Below the pieces are notes generated by a model. The model saw only the letters and a program-made list of their open reading frames with translations. It searched no databases and was not told where the DNA came from. 64,000 bases of DNA from positions 90,024,001 through 90,088,000 of the forward strand of contig JAGIQG010000009.1 in assembly GCA_024679065.1 (NCBI GenBank). Direction: 5' to 3'. Positions 24,683 to 35,517 of this stretch are shown piece by piece (the stretch's first letter is position 1; the number at the start of each line of letters is the position of its first letter). Made by a program: the position numbers and the translations under genes. The stretch is from Sphyrna mokarran (taxonomy: Eukaryota).

Positions 24683-25619
24683 TAATGTCTGGGAACCTGG
24701 ATTCAAATCACACAATGGCACATAAATTCAATTTAATAAAAATTCAGGAATTAAGAGTGTAATGGTAAAAACACTAATGCTCTAAAACCTGCCATTTGGT
24801 GATGAGATAAGAACAACATTGTGATTGGTTCTTAAATGGCCTCAGATGTATCCAAACACAGAAAGTTTACCAAATGGAATGAAACTGGACCTAGGTACTA
24901 GCAATGACAATGGCAACGAACATCCGCAGGCTTGTGCCAAAACTGGGAGAGCTGTCTCTCAGGCTAGTCACATTCACAGAATTCTAACATACAGACAATG
25001 TGCCAGACATCACGGTATGTTCACCAACAGCACATACCCAATAGAGCTAGCAGCACAGGGGCATACTATTAGGAGGAAGTTGTCATATTTGATCATATGC
25101 TGTGTGACAAGAGTGAATGGACCCCATTGACAGCTTAGTCAATATGTTAGACATTTGTAGGACAGGCATGGGTCAAGTGTCAAGGAGCACTGCCCTCCTG
25201 TGTCTACAACGTCCTGGGCTGTGTCAATGGCCTCCAGTTCCACCAGCGAAGCTATCACTGTGGGACAGCTGTGATCCCCACTGATGTGGATCTCCACCAG
25301 TGAGATTGGATAGCCAAGTGTGTTAGATAATTACGCCTGGAACTCGCTCAAAGTATTTAAATGAGATAACACATTTTTAAATCAGCCTTGTGCCGTTCCT
25401 TGGCGTGAGGCTGATTATGCGAAAAAAAAGCCTGGGAGATTGGCAACCTGCTAGACATTGGGCGGGCATTCAATTTTTAGTCTGCCACTTGCATTTCCCA
25501 TCCCACAAAGGTATTCGACCAAAGTAGCATAGTGGGAAAATCGTGCCAGGATTTGAGTCAACATCTGCAAAGTGTAAAGTTTGCAGCTTATTGCAGTGGC
25601 TTATATTGGGACAGATATA

Positions 25620-26518
25620 ACAACCTGTGACAAGGAGAGAGTGAGATAGATAGAGATGAGCAGAAAGGAAAAGGAAGAGTGGGAGGGAGAGAGGGAGAGA
25701 GAGAGATGAGAGCAGAGACTAAACAGGAGAGAGAGAGAGAGACAAAGACAAAGGAACAGAGAGTAAAGAGGAATGGGAGACACAGAGAGAGAGGCAGGCA
25801 GAGAGAGAAACAGAGAGTAGAGAGGGAGAGAGAGGAGAAAAGACTATGTGAGCTTTTCACAGGAATGCTAGGTCAAAGATTTCCAATGGTGATTCTGACA
25901 TCAAGCAAAGATTCCAGGCTTTCAGGGATCTCAAATTTTTATTACAACTCCACAGATTTGCTCCTGACACACTGAGGGCAGCGATATTTTCATTATGTAG
26001 ATTGTACACATCCCACATTAACATCTCCTGATCTGGACTCCTTCTGTCATTTAGGATAATTTACTGATTCTCACGGCTCTGAAAATCCAGATCTTTGTGT
26101 CTCTCTCAGTCTCCACTTAACTATATACTCCTTTCCCACTATCCCTCTTTCTGCCCCTTTACTTTCTGCTCCTCTCTCTGCCTCTCCCTCTCTCTTTAAT
26201 CTCTGTTCCTCTGTTTCTCTTTCTCTCTTGTTTACTCTCTGCTCCCATCTCTCTTTCCCTCTCCCTCTCCCCCACTCTCTCTTTTCCTCTCTGCTTATCT
26301 CTGTCAATCCCACTCTCCCCTTTACTCTCTGCTCCTCTCTGTCTCCCACTCCTCTTTACTCTCTGCTCCTTTATCTCTCTCTCTCTCCTTGTTTGCTCTC
26401 TGCTCCCATCTCTTTCTCTCTCTCCCTCTCTCGCTCTCCTCTTCCTCTCTGCTCATGTCCATTTATCTCACTTCATCTTTACTCTCTGCTCCTTTCACTC
26501 TCTGTCTATCCTATTCTT
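25620..26518. repeat. Inverted pair of GA-rich (25620-25845) and CT-rich (26095-26518) low-complexity tracts
   Basis: Purine tract and pyrimidine tract share specific sub-motifs in reverse complement (agagagtaaagaggaatgggagaca / tgtctcccactcctctttactctct). Confidence 0.8.
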
Positions 26519-26992
26519 TAAGAAGTCTCACAACACCAGGTTAAAGTCCAACAGGATTATTTGGTAGCAAATACCAGCTTTTGGAGCACTGCTCCTTTGT
26601 CAGGTGAGTGGGAAGTTCTAATCAAAACAGGGCATATAAAGGCACACACTCAGTTTACAGAATACTGATTAGAATACGAGTCTTTACAGATAATCAAGTC
26701 TTGAAGGTGCAGACAATGAGAGTGGAGATAGCATTAAGCACAGGTTAAAGAGATGTGTATTGTCTCCAGACAGGACAGTAAGTGAGTTGTTGAAAGCCCA
26801 GGCAAGTCATGGTGGTTACAGATAGTGTGACATGAACCCAAGATTCTGGTTGAGTCGTCCTCATGTGTGTGGAACTTGGCTATCAGTCTCTGCTCAGTAA
26901 CTGTGTTGTCATGTGTTGTGAAGGCCGTCTTGGGGAATGCTTGGAGAAGATCAGAGGCTGAATGTCTGTGACTGCTGAAGTGTTCCTCAACA
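26519..26992 (-). mobile_element. Penelope-like element 3' fragment (GIY-YIG C-terminus + pLTR)
   Basis: ORF 26734-27000 (VEEHFSSHRHSASDL...EQRLIAKFHTHED) homologous to 4070-4250; pLTR with degenerate hammerhead cctgacaaaggagcagtgctccaaaagct. Confidence 0.82.
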
Positions 26993-27029
26993 CTTATCAT
27001 ATCCTACTCTTCCCTTTACTCTCTTTCTC

Positions 27030-29450
27030 TTACTCCCAGCTTTAATGGCTGCTTCTCTCTGATCCATTTCTGCTTACCATTGATTTGTTGTTTTTATTGC
27101 TCCTATCTCCATGGAAGCTACTGAGTTCAATCCCTACAGCATTTCCCAGTCTCCCTCCCATTCCCACCTACTTGTTAATTTTCCACTCAGCTGCCCGACC
27201 TCTTGCTGTCCTGACCTCTGTGTCCCCAACCCCTGCAACTCCACTGATGTTACAACTCTGTACCTTCTTTTCTCCCACCCCATCCCCCTCCCCCATAACC
27301 TCCCAACACCCTCCATTGTTTCTCTCCAGCCACTCCTGAATCTGCCCAGATTTCCAATTCCACCACCCTGCCCCCGCCACAATCTCCTAACTTCTCCAAA
27401 CTGTTTCACTTCTTCCTGAGTCTAATTGTAAATGTATCTTCAGGCTTCTTTTTTCTGCAGCAAAGTCTTAACTCTGTCACTCTCTATTCCCCTCCCTCCA
27501 GTCTCCTTCCCCTTCAGCTCCAACAGGTGAGAGGAGCTTATGGATTTCTTTGTCACCAGGATTATCACCTTCCCACTAGTTGCCTCTGCCACTTCTCGCC
27601 ATCTCACTAGCCTGCCCAGATAAACTTCCATTAATATTCCCTCCTAGCTGAGTCCTGAATTCACATCTTCTCTCCTATCTCCCCTCGTGCCCTCTCTGAG
27701 CTCATCTTGTCAATGAGACCCACCTCCTGTTCCCTCGACCCTATTCTCACTGAATCACCCAACTTCCTCTCCTGCTCCCCGTGTTTAATGATGTTGTTCA
27801 CCATTCACTCTCTCCAAATGTTGTCCCTCTCTATTTAAATTATGTCATCACTTTCAAAAAACACCCTCATGACCCTTTTCCAATTGGGTTCTCTTACAGT
27901 GCTGAAATTATTCTTATCAAAGTCCACAAACAATATCATAGTTGATTGTAACAAAAATGAACTTTCCCTCCTCATGCTTCTCGGTGCTTCTGCTCTCTGT
28001 GGGGTTCCTGTCCCTCCCTGCTCACCTTCTGGACAGTGATAGCCTTTTTCCTAGGATGGAGAAAGCTAGCACGAGGGGACACAGCTTTAAATTAAGGGGT
28101 GATAGTTATAGGACGGATATCAGAGGTAGGTTCTTTACCCAAAGGGTGGTTCGGGAGTGGAATGCCCTGCCTGCAGCAGTTGTAGATGCGCCAAGTTTGG
28201 TGGCGTTTAAGAGGTTAGTTGATAAGTATATGGAAGAGAAGGGAATGGTTTAGTTTGGAGGGGCATTGCTTTTTATATTGGTCGGCGCAACATCGAAGGC
28301 CGAAGGGCCTGTTCTGTGCTGTAATGATCTATGTTCTATGTTCTATGTTCTCAATCCATGATTGATTAACACCACACCATCCTCTCCATTGTCACCCAGC
28401 TGGGTGTGACTGCTCTCAGCCGCTTCTATATTTAACTGTGAGCAGAGCCCCTCATTGGATTCTCTCTCTGCTCTCACTGTTATCTAAGATGTGGCTGTAG
28501 TGAGTGGTGTGGATGTATTTCAAGGAAGTTAGATATGGACATGATGGAAAAGGGATTTGAGATGAGGAGATTGGTCTGGAATGCCTGGATTCCGTGCTGT
28601 ATTATTCTGTGTAATTCTATGGGATTTATTCTTGTCTTCCTCCTGTTTCACCTCCAAGCTCTGTTCCTCAGTGACATCATCCAAAACTCTGCTTTGAATT
28701 TCCATCTCTATGTTAATAACATCCAGCTCTGCCTCGTCATCACATTTCTGACCCGTCCACTATTGTCACATTGTTCAATATCCAGTGCTAATGAGCAGAA
28801 ATACTTTTCAAATAAATATTCAGAAGATCAAACCATTGTCTTTAGTCTCCAGGTAACCATTCCATTTTCCTCCCTGGTCATTCACTGAGATTGAACCAGA
28901 CTGCTTATAACCTCGGTGACCAGATGACCCAGATGTGAGTTTCGCCTTCTATCACTGAGATTGCCTCTTTAACCTCTGTGAAATCTCATGCTTCATGCTG
29001 TCTATTGCTGAATCCCTCCATCATGCATCAGTTACCCTTTGACTCATCAGTTCTATTGCTTCCTTAACTACTCACCGATCTTCTACCCTTCATTAACTTG
29101 AAATCATCCAAAACTTTGCTACTTACATCCATACTCACACCCAGTTCTGTTTCTGTGCTCAATGGTCCGTATTCACTCCCAATCTTCAATGCCTCAAATT
29201 TAAAATTCTCATGTTGAAATTTGTTTGTGGCCTCACTTTCCCAGGTCTCTGTAACCTCTTCCAGTTTTACAATCCTCCGATTACTCTGCATTCCTCCAGC
29301 TCTGGTCTCCCCCAATGGATGAAATGGCTTCAGTTGCCTCAATCCTAAACTCTGAATTCCTTTCCTGAACACTCAACCTTAGTCTCCCACCTTTAAGAAA
29401 CTTTTTTGTAATCAGTTATTTCACCAAGCAGGTCATTCCTTACAGTGATT
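27030..29450 (+). mobile_element. Decayed L2-type LINE, interrupted by a HER1 3' end
   Basis: C-rich decayed RT remnants (cttatcaaagtccacaaac..., catctctatgttaataacatccagctc, atcatccaaaactttgct). Confidence 0.55.
28030..28352 (+). mobile_element. CR1/HER1 LINE 3' end
   Basis: DSDSLFPRMEKASTRGHSFKL...DKYMEEKGMV plus tail, near-identical to 16010-16320. Confidence 0.93.
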
Positions 29451-29940
29451 CCTTTTTGGATTCGTCAAGTTTTGTCTGATTAAGTTCCAGTGAGATGCTA
29501 TTTTCAGACATTTTGCTGCGTAAAAGACACCATATGAATGCAAGTTGTGCTTGTAGAAATACAAAATAATTGTAACACACACTGTGAGATTATAATTCAG
29601 ATTGCCAGGTGGCGAAGGACAGAATTGAAGCAGAATTATTATTCATTACAAGCTTTCATTTACTGAGAAACACATTGCATTTGTGTATCCACCTACAATA
29701 CCAACGATCACATCAGTTTGCTGCTATATATACACAAATATTTATTTACAGAACTATAGACTGCAGACAAATACCACCTAATTGTTCAACGTATATTATG
29801 AACATAGGTAAATCCCCACTACCAGAATTTAATTAAATATCCAGTTAATGTACAATTAACTCTTCCTGTAAGAACACCACACGGAATCCAGTAAGATCAG
29901 AGATTAATATTTATAAACTATTTACTGTGTCATAACTCAC

Positions 29941-30007
29941 ATTTCACAGCCCAGGCTCCTTGAATCAAAACCAGCAGCATCACAGTAAAGTACGCCCCAA
30001 CTTCCAT
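29941..30007 (-). CDS. mhc2a: MHC class II alpha chain, exon 1 (signal peptide) MEVGAYFTVMLLVLIQGAWAVK
   Basis: ATG at 30007-30005, hydrophobic leader ending in G-A-W-A, phase-1 donor T|gtgagt at 29940. Splices in frame to the exon at 21761 (T+AT = Tyr). Lies ~140 bp downstream of X/Y boxes and resembles shark class II alpha leaders as I recall them. Confidence 0.9.
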
Positions 30008-30144
30008 TATAATCCTCTTGTTTCTCCTAATTCTGATTCCAGCTCCTCTCAGTTTGCTATCAGTATCTGTCTGAAGTCAAGTTTCTATCTCACTCACTTC
30101 TCTGAAATATCACTCTGTAATTGACATGTGGTTTAGCATTAATA

Positions 30145-30187
30145 AACCAATCAGGAATTCAGATTTCCTCCATCAGCTGTTTCTGGG
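30145..30187 (-). promoter_or_regulatory. MHC class II proximal promoter X box + Y box
   Basis: On the minus strand CCCAGAAACAGCTG (X box, 30187-30174), then 19 nt, then CTGATTGGTT (Y box, 30154-30145). Sequence and 19-nt spacing match the RFX/NF-Y module of class II promoters. No convincing S/W box identified. Confidence 0.88.
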
Positions 30188-30396
30188 TGAAATACAAGTC
30201 TGCTCGCAACTTCTCTGAATGATCCTTGAATTGTTTTATTTGAGAGAGATTAGCAGGGGGATGAAGATTTTTGGAGGTGAAGGGGTATTGAACTAAATAG
30301 CCTCTTGTTGCTGCTTTACTGTTTCCAGTCCCTCCTCCTCTCCCCTATATCTAATGCATACTCTCAGCTGAAAAACTCACTTCCATTCTGATCCGT

Positions 30397-30735
30397 AGAA
30401 TATAATGCGTACAATATAGGAGGCCATTCGGCCCATCGAGTCTGCGCCGTCTCTCCAAAAGAACATCCTACCCAGTCCCATCCTCCCTGTCCTAGCCCCG
30501 TAACCTCTCACATTTCCCACGGTTAATCTACCTAACCTGCACATCTGTGGACTCTAAAGGGCAATTCAGCATGGCCAATCCAGTCTAACCCACGCATCTT
30601 TGGAATATGGGAAGAAATCAGAGGAAACCCACTCAGAAATGGGAACAAAGTGCAAACTCCACACAGTCACCCGAGGTTAGAATGGAACATCTGTCCATGG
30701 TACTGTGAGGTAGCAGTGCTAATCAGTGTGCTGCT
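30397..30735 (-). mobile_element. HE1/V-type SINE, near full length
   Basis: Minus-strand tRNA head (gcagcacactgattagcact), V domain (tgtgtggagtttgcac) and tail (gactcgatgggccgaatggcctcct). Confidence 0.85.
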
Positions 30736-31618
30736 TCATATATTAGAACATAGAACATTACAGCGCAGTACAGGCCCTTGCTCCAACATTGAGGGCCAAA
30801 GATTGGCACAACATTGATGACAGAAGGGCCTGTACTACACTGTAATGTTCTATGTTCTAATACCTATATGAAGCAGAATATATATGAAGAAAGATCACTC
30901 CCTCTACTGGCCAGTGATCTTTCCTTAGGGGCAGCACAGTGATTAACACTGCTGCCTCACAGTACCATGGACAGATGTTCAATTCTAACCTTGGGTGATT
31001 GTATGATTGTCAGAAATAAAACTGAAAATGTTGGAAATGCTCAAAAGGTCAGGCATCCTCTGTGGAGAGAGAAGCAGGATGAATGATTTCTTTCATGATG
31101 ACTTGTTATCGATATTGATCAGAATCCCTCCTCAGAGGGTTCATATAGCCAGGTTGCAGTGAAGAGCCTAATTACAGAATCTCAAAGTGCTGAAGAGGCC
31201 CTCCAGCCCATCAAATCTGCACTAACATGTAAGGTATAAACTTACAAGCTTTTATTTACAAAGAATCACATTGTGTATCTACCTACAATCTCAACAACCA
31301 CATTCAGCCTGCTCCTATATATAAAACTATTTACTTACAGAGCTGTATCACTCTGCAGACATATATCATCTATCTGTCAATGTATATTCAATGAGGATAG
31401 ATTCTAAATCCCCAGTTAATACCCAGTACCAGAATTCAATTAAAATCCCAGTTAATATACAATTAACATGCTCTGTGATATTGGGATAAAGATCATAATG
31501 GAATCCCAACAAATATCTGGAAATCTGTATTTTTGCCATTTTTTTCAATTCTTTCTCCAGGATATGCTGTTAACAGAAGAATCAGGTTAAGGCAAGGAGG
31601 GCAGGAACCTCAGTCACT

Positions 31619-32491
31619 AAGGCAAATTGGGACTGTTTTGCTTAGAAAGATGTAGACTTAGAGGAGATCTAATAGAGGTGTATAAGATTATGAGGGGTAT
31701 AGATAGAGTAAACAGGTTAAGCTTTCTCCTAGGATGGACTCGAATAGCACGAGGGGTCACGGGCTTAGGGTGAGGGGGGGTAAGGTATAATTTGGATGCT
31801 GGAGGGAGTTTTTTCACACAGAGGGTGGTGGGAGTATGGAATGCGCTGTCAAGTAAAGTGGTGGAGGCAGGTACTCTGGAGTTATTTAAGAAATACTTAG
31901 ATGGGCACATGAACTGAATGGGAATGGAGGGGTATAGAAAACTGATTTAAAATAGGGATCATGAGCCTTGGGAGTCCCTGGGAAGTGTGTAAATAGATGA
32001 TGATATTGATGTACTTGTTTTTATCGTACAGGTGCTTAGGTCCACCTTGTTGTCTAACGAGGGGCATACACGCAATGGGTCGTGAGAGGGCTGCTCTTGG
32101 AACTTTTTCGAGAGTATCCTGGTGCTTTACGTCATTAGTGTATGCTTGACCTGGACCATTTGATGGGCAACACGACAGCTCAGTGACTATCGCTGTGCTG
32201 TGCAGATACATGGATTTGGTCCTGTGTCTGTTGGAGTTTGCGCATTCTCCCCATACTTGCGTGAGTTTTCTCCGGGTGCTCCGGTTTCCTCCCACATCCC
32301 AAAGATGTGCTCTTAGGCTAATTGGCAAAACAAATTCTCCCTAAATTGTCTCAAATTTGATTTTTAATCCATAGATCTATAAACATAGACAGGGATCGCG
32401 GGTAGAGGTGGGAACATCGGAGTGGCGGCGCGGGTCATTGGGCCGAAGGGCCTGTTTCCCGTGATATTTTGTTCTTTATTCTTTGTTCTTT
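31619..32491 (+). mobile_element. CR1 with SINE-containing 3'UTR, copy A (5'-truncated)
   Basis: ORF2 C-terminus, then ~240 bp unique UTR, SINE-derived block and (gttcttt)n tail; highly similar to 36500-37365. Confidence 0.88.
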
Positions 32492-32904
32492 GAAATCAGC
32501 CAGTGAAAATCTCAAATCCACAAGATGTTTAAAATGTCACAATTTTGTGTTTGGGATTTTAATTTTTTCATTTGGCAGCCGCTATCTCTGTTCTTAGGTC
32601 TTCCCAAAACCACCTTCCTTCTCAGCTCAGATCAAACCTTGAATTAAAGGTAAGGACACGTGTTTACTTTACTCCTTGATCTTGGCAATAAAACTTTAAC
32701 AGCTATGTCATTGTTAATTGTCAGCTCAGTCTCATCTACAAAACCTGCATTACTGTCACACAGTGGGTCGATATACAATCAGATTCCCATCAAACATTCC
32801 CAGGACAGGTACAGTACGGGGTTAGAGACAGATTAAAACTGCAAGCAATAAGAGATGTTCCAGCTCCCACTACCATCCAGATGCTATGGTTGTTTTTAGG
32901 ACTG

Positions 32905-32995
32905 AAAAAATCCCACAACACCTGCTACAAACGGGTTTATTTGTAGCAAAAGCCGCAAGCTTTCGGGACAGCCTGTCCCTTTGTCAGGTGGCTAG
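32905..32995 (-). mobile_element. Penelope-like pLTR remnant
   Basis: Reverse complement cacctgacaaagggacaggctgtcccgaaagcttgcggc, a hammerhead-like core with a G-to-A change in CUGANGA. Confidence 0.55.
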
Positions 32996-32999
32996 GTGT

Positions 33000-35395
33000 C
33001 CCAGTTTTGAGGACTACCTACTATAGGAAATTCATACAGAATAGGCCTCCATTCTGGATTCCCTCCACCAGTTGCTAAAAAAGAGACAAACTTGGGAATG
33101 GCTGGCCCACCATGACAGAGCCTTCAAGAAAATTAAACAGCAACTCTCATCCGAAAATGTATTGATACATTATGATAAGGAACTGGTACTCGCCTATGAC
33201 GCATCCCTATATAGAGTTAGCACATTTCTGGCACATAGGTGGCAGAATGGACAAGACTGACCATAGCGTATGCCTCCAGGACCCTGGCAATGGCAGAGTG
33301 AAGATATGCCCAGATTGGAAAGGAAAGACTGGCAGTCTTCGTAGTCAAAAAATTTCACCAGTATTTATATGGGTGAAAATTTACAGTTGTAATAGATCAT
33401 TAAACCTTTGCTGGCTCCACTGAAGGAAGACAAAGCAGTGCCGCCAATTAGCGTCAGACCGGATCCAGCGTTTGGGCATTATTGCTGGTGGCATATCAGT
33501 ATCGTTGGAACTCCAACCAGGGATTAGAGTGGCAAATGCTGATGCCTTAAGCCAATTATTGTTACCGGACACACTACCATTGGTACCCAGCATGGAGGAA
33601 ACAATGATGACATTAAACTTCCTGGATACCCTTCCAGTGGATGCGTACAATATACACCAGTGGACGCAGAAAGACTAGGTACGGGTGAAGGTAAATCACC
33701 CAGTGCTAACAGAACAGCTGGAAAGACCAGTCCATCCACACTTCCTCCCATACTGCAGCAGGAGGGAACAGATGATGGTGGAAGAAGGGATCCAGCTGTG
33801 GGGAGCACGGGTTATTGTCCCAAGGCAGGGCTGTAAGGCCAATCTGGCTGAATTACACCACGGGCACCCTGGAGTATCAAAAATGAAGATGCTGGCCAGG
33901 AGCTACATCTGGTGGCCAGATTTGGATACAGACATAGGGAAACTGGTGGGACAAGAGCAGAAGGCACCACTGGTAGCCCCGCTGCACCTGTGGGAATGGC
34001 CAGGTAGACCATGGTCGCGACTCCATGTTGGGTTCTATGTTTCTGGTGATAATAGATGCCCATTCAAATTGGTTAGACATCTATAAACTAAACTTGGTGG
34101 CAACTGTTGAGAAATTGCACACCTCGTTCACACAGGATACCAGAGGTATTAGTTTCGATAACGGTTCAGTGTTCACCAGCCTAGAGTTCACAAAATTTAT
34201 GAAATCAAATGGGACCCAGCATATCAAGACGGCACCTTTTATCATCCAGTGTCATATGGGCTAACAGAGAAAGCAGTCCAGCCATTAAAGGCCTTGTTGG
34301 AGATAAAACACTCAAGGTGGTTATTTGACTGTAGGACCACTCCACATGCCACCAAAGGAACTGCGCCAGCAGAGTTAGTTATGGGCAGACAGCCCACACC
34401 AGACTGAGCCTGTTGTTGCCAAACCTGGGTGGAAAGATACCAGGAATCCCAATGCAGGGGCCATAACATATGCAAAGAGAGGCATTTTGAAGCGGCTGAG
34501 AGAGTTTGGGTCAGAAGTTATGCAAATGGACCCGCCTGGGTAACCGGAACAGTTGAGTCTAGGAGAGGACTGGTATCCTACTGAGTAGTTGTTGTCTAAC
34601 GAGGGGCATACATGCAATGGGTCGTGAGAGGGCTGCTCTTGGATCTTTTTCGAGAGTATCCTAGTGCTTCACGTCGTTAGTGTACGCTTGACCTGGACCA
34701 TTTGATGGGCAACACGACAGCTCAGTGACTATCGCTGTGCTGTGCAGATACATGGATTTGGGCCTGTGTCTGTGGGAGTTTGCGCATTCTCCCCGTGCTT
34801 GCGTGGGTTTTCTCCGGGTGCTCCGGTTTCCTCCCACATCCCAAAGATGTGCTCTTAGGCTAATTGGCAAAACAAATTCTCCCTAAATTGTCTCAAATTT
34901 GGTTTTTAATCCATAGATCTATTGACATGGACAGGGATCGCGGGTAGAGGTGGGAACATTGGGGTGGCGACGCGGGCTCGTTGGGCTGAAGGGCCTGTTT
35001 CCTGTGCTGTTTTTGTTCTTTGAGTACACGTAGGCAAGGCAGTGGTAAAGAAACGCGTGGACAGGGCCTCAAGCTCTCTACCCATTCCAGAGCTGAGTCC
35101 ACACTGTGGCCCTAAGGGGGAGCAGAGACCCCTCGACAAGCCAGTTCCACCTGTCCTGCACCCTCAGTGTCAGGATCCGAAATGGGGATGAAGCTGCAGT
35201 GATTCTCCTACCTCCCGAAGCAGACGAGGGAACAGATCTCCGGAGTTCTCTGCGGAAGAGACGGGTGCCCAACCGTTACACACCGCCGACATTAGAGGCT
35301 GAATTGGAGGATCCCGACCTGGCACTCAAACAGAGGAAAAGACCCCTGAGGGAAGCAAACCGAGGGGATTCCTCGGACTTTGGGGTTGGGAAGAA
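33000..35395 (+). mobile_element. Gypsy LTR retrotransposon pol remnant (RT end, RNase H, integrase)
   Basis: LVLAYDASLYRV, NADALS, LWGARVIVP...LAELHHGHPGVSKMKMLARSYIWWP, LVIIDAHSNW, FDNGSVFTSLEF; purine-rich PPT-like tract before tgtgatg at 35396. Confidence 0.9.
34588..35020 (+). mobile_element. CR1 SINE-containing 3'UTR, copy B (433 bp, 6-bp TSD)
   Basis: TSD tgagta at 34582-34587 and 35021-35026; inserted in the Gypsy integrase region; contains UTR + SINE block + tail only. Confidence 0.88.
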
Positions 35396-35517
35396 TGTGA
35401 TGTAGATTGGACAATAAATCAGTGTCACGCACTAACTGATATCATGACTTTTCCACTCTGCACACCCATCCTCCATAATATGGCAGCCAGGCCAGGCTAA
35501 TATTGGCTTGCTAAAGC

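Noticed and set aside
32579-32649. Exon-like segment (tttttcatttggcag ... aag|gtaagg) on the plus strand
   Set aside because: Only one open frame with no recognisable product and no partner exons; could be non-coding or chance.
32780-32840. cccatcaaacattcccaggacaggtacagtacggggttagagacaga unit
   Set aside because: Resembles a common shark tandem-repeat monomer, but it is a single copy here, so no array is called.
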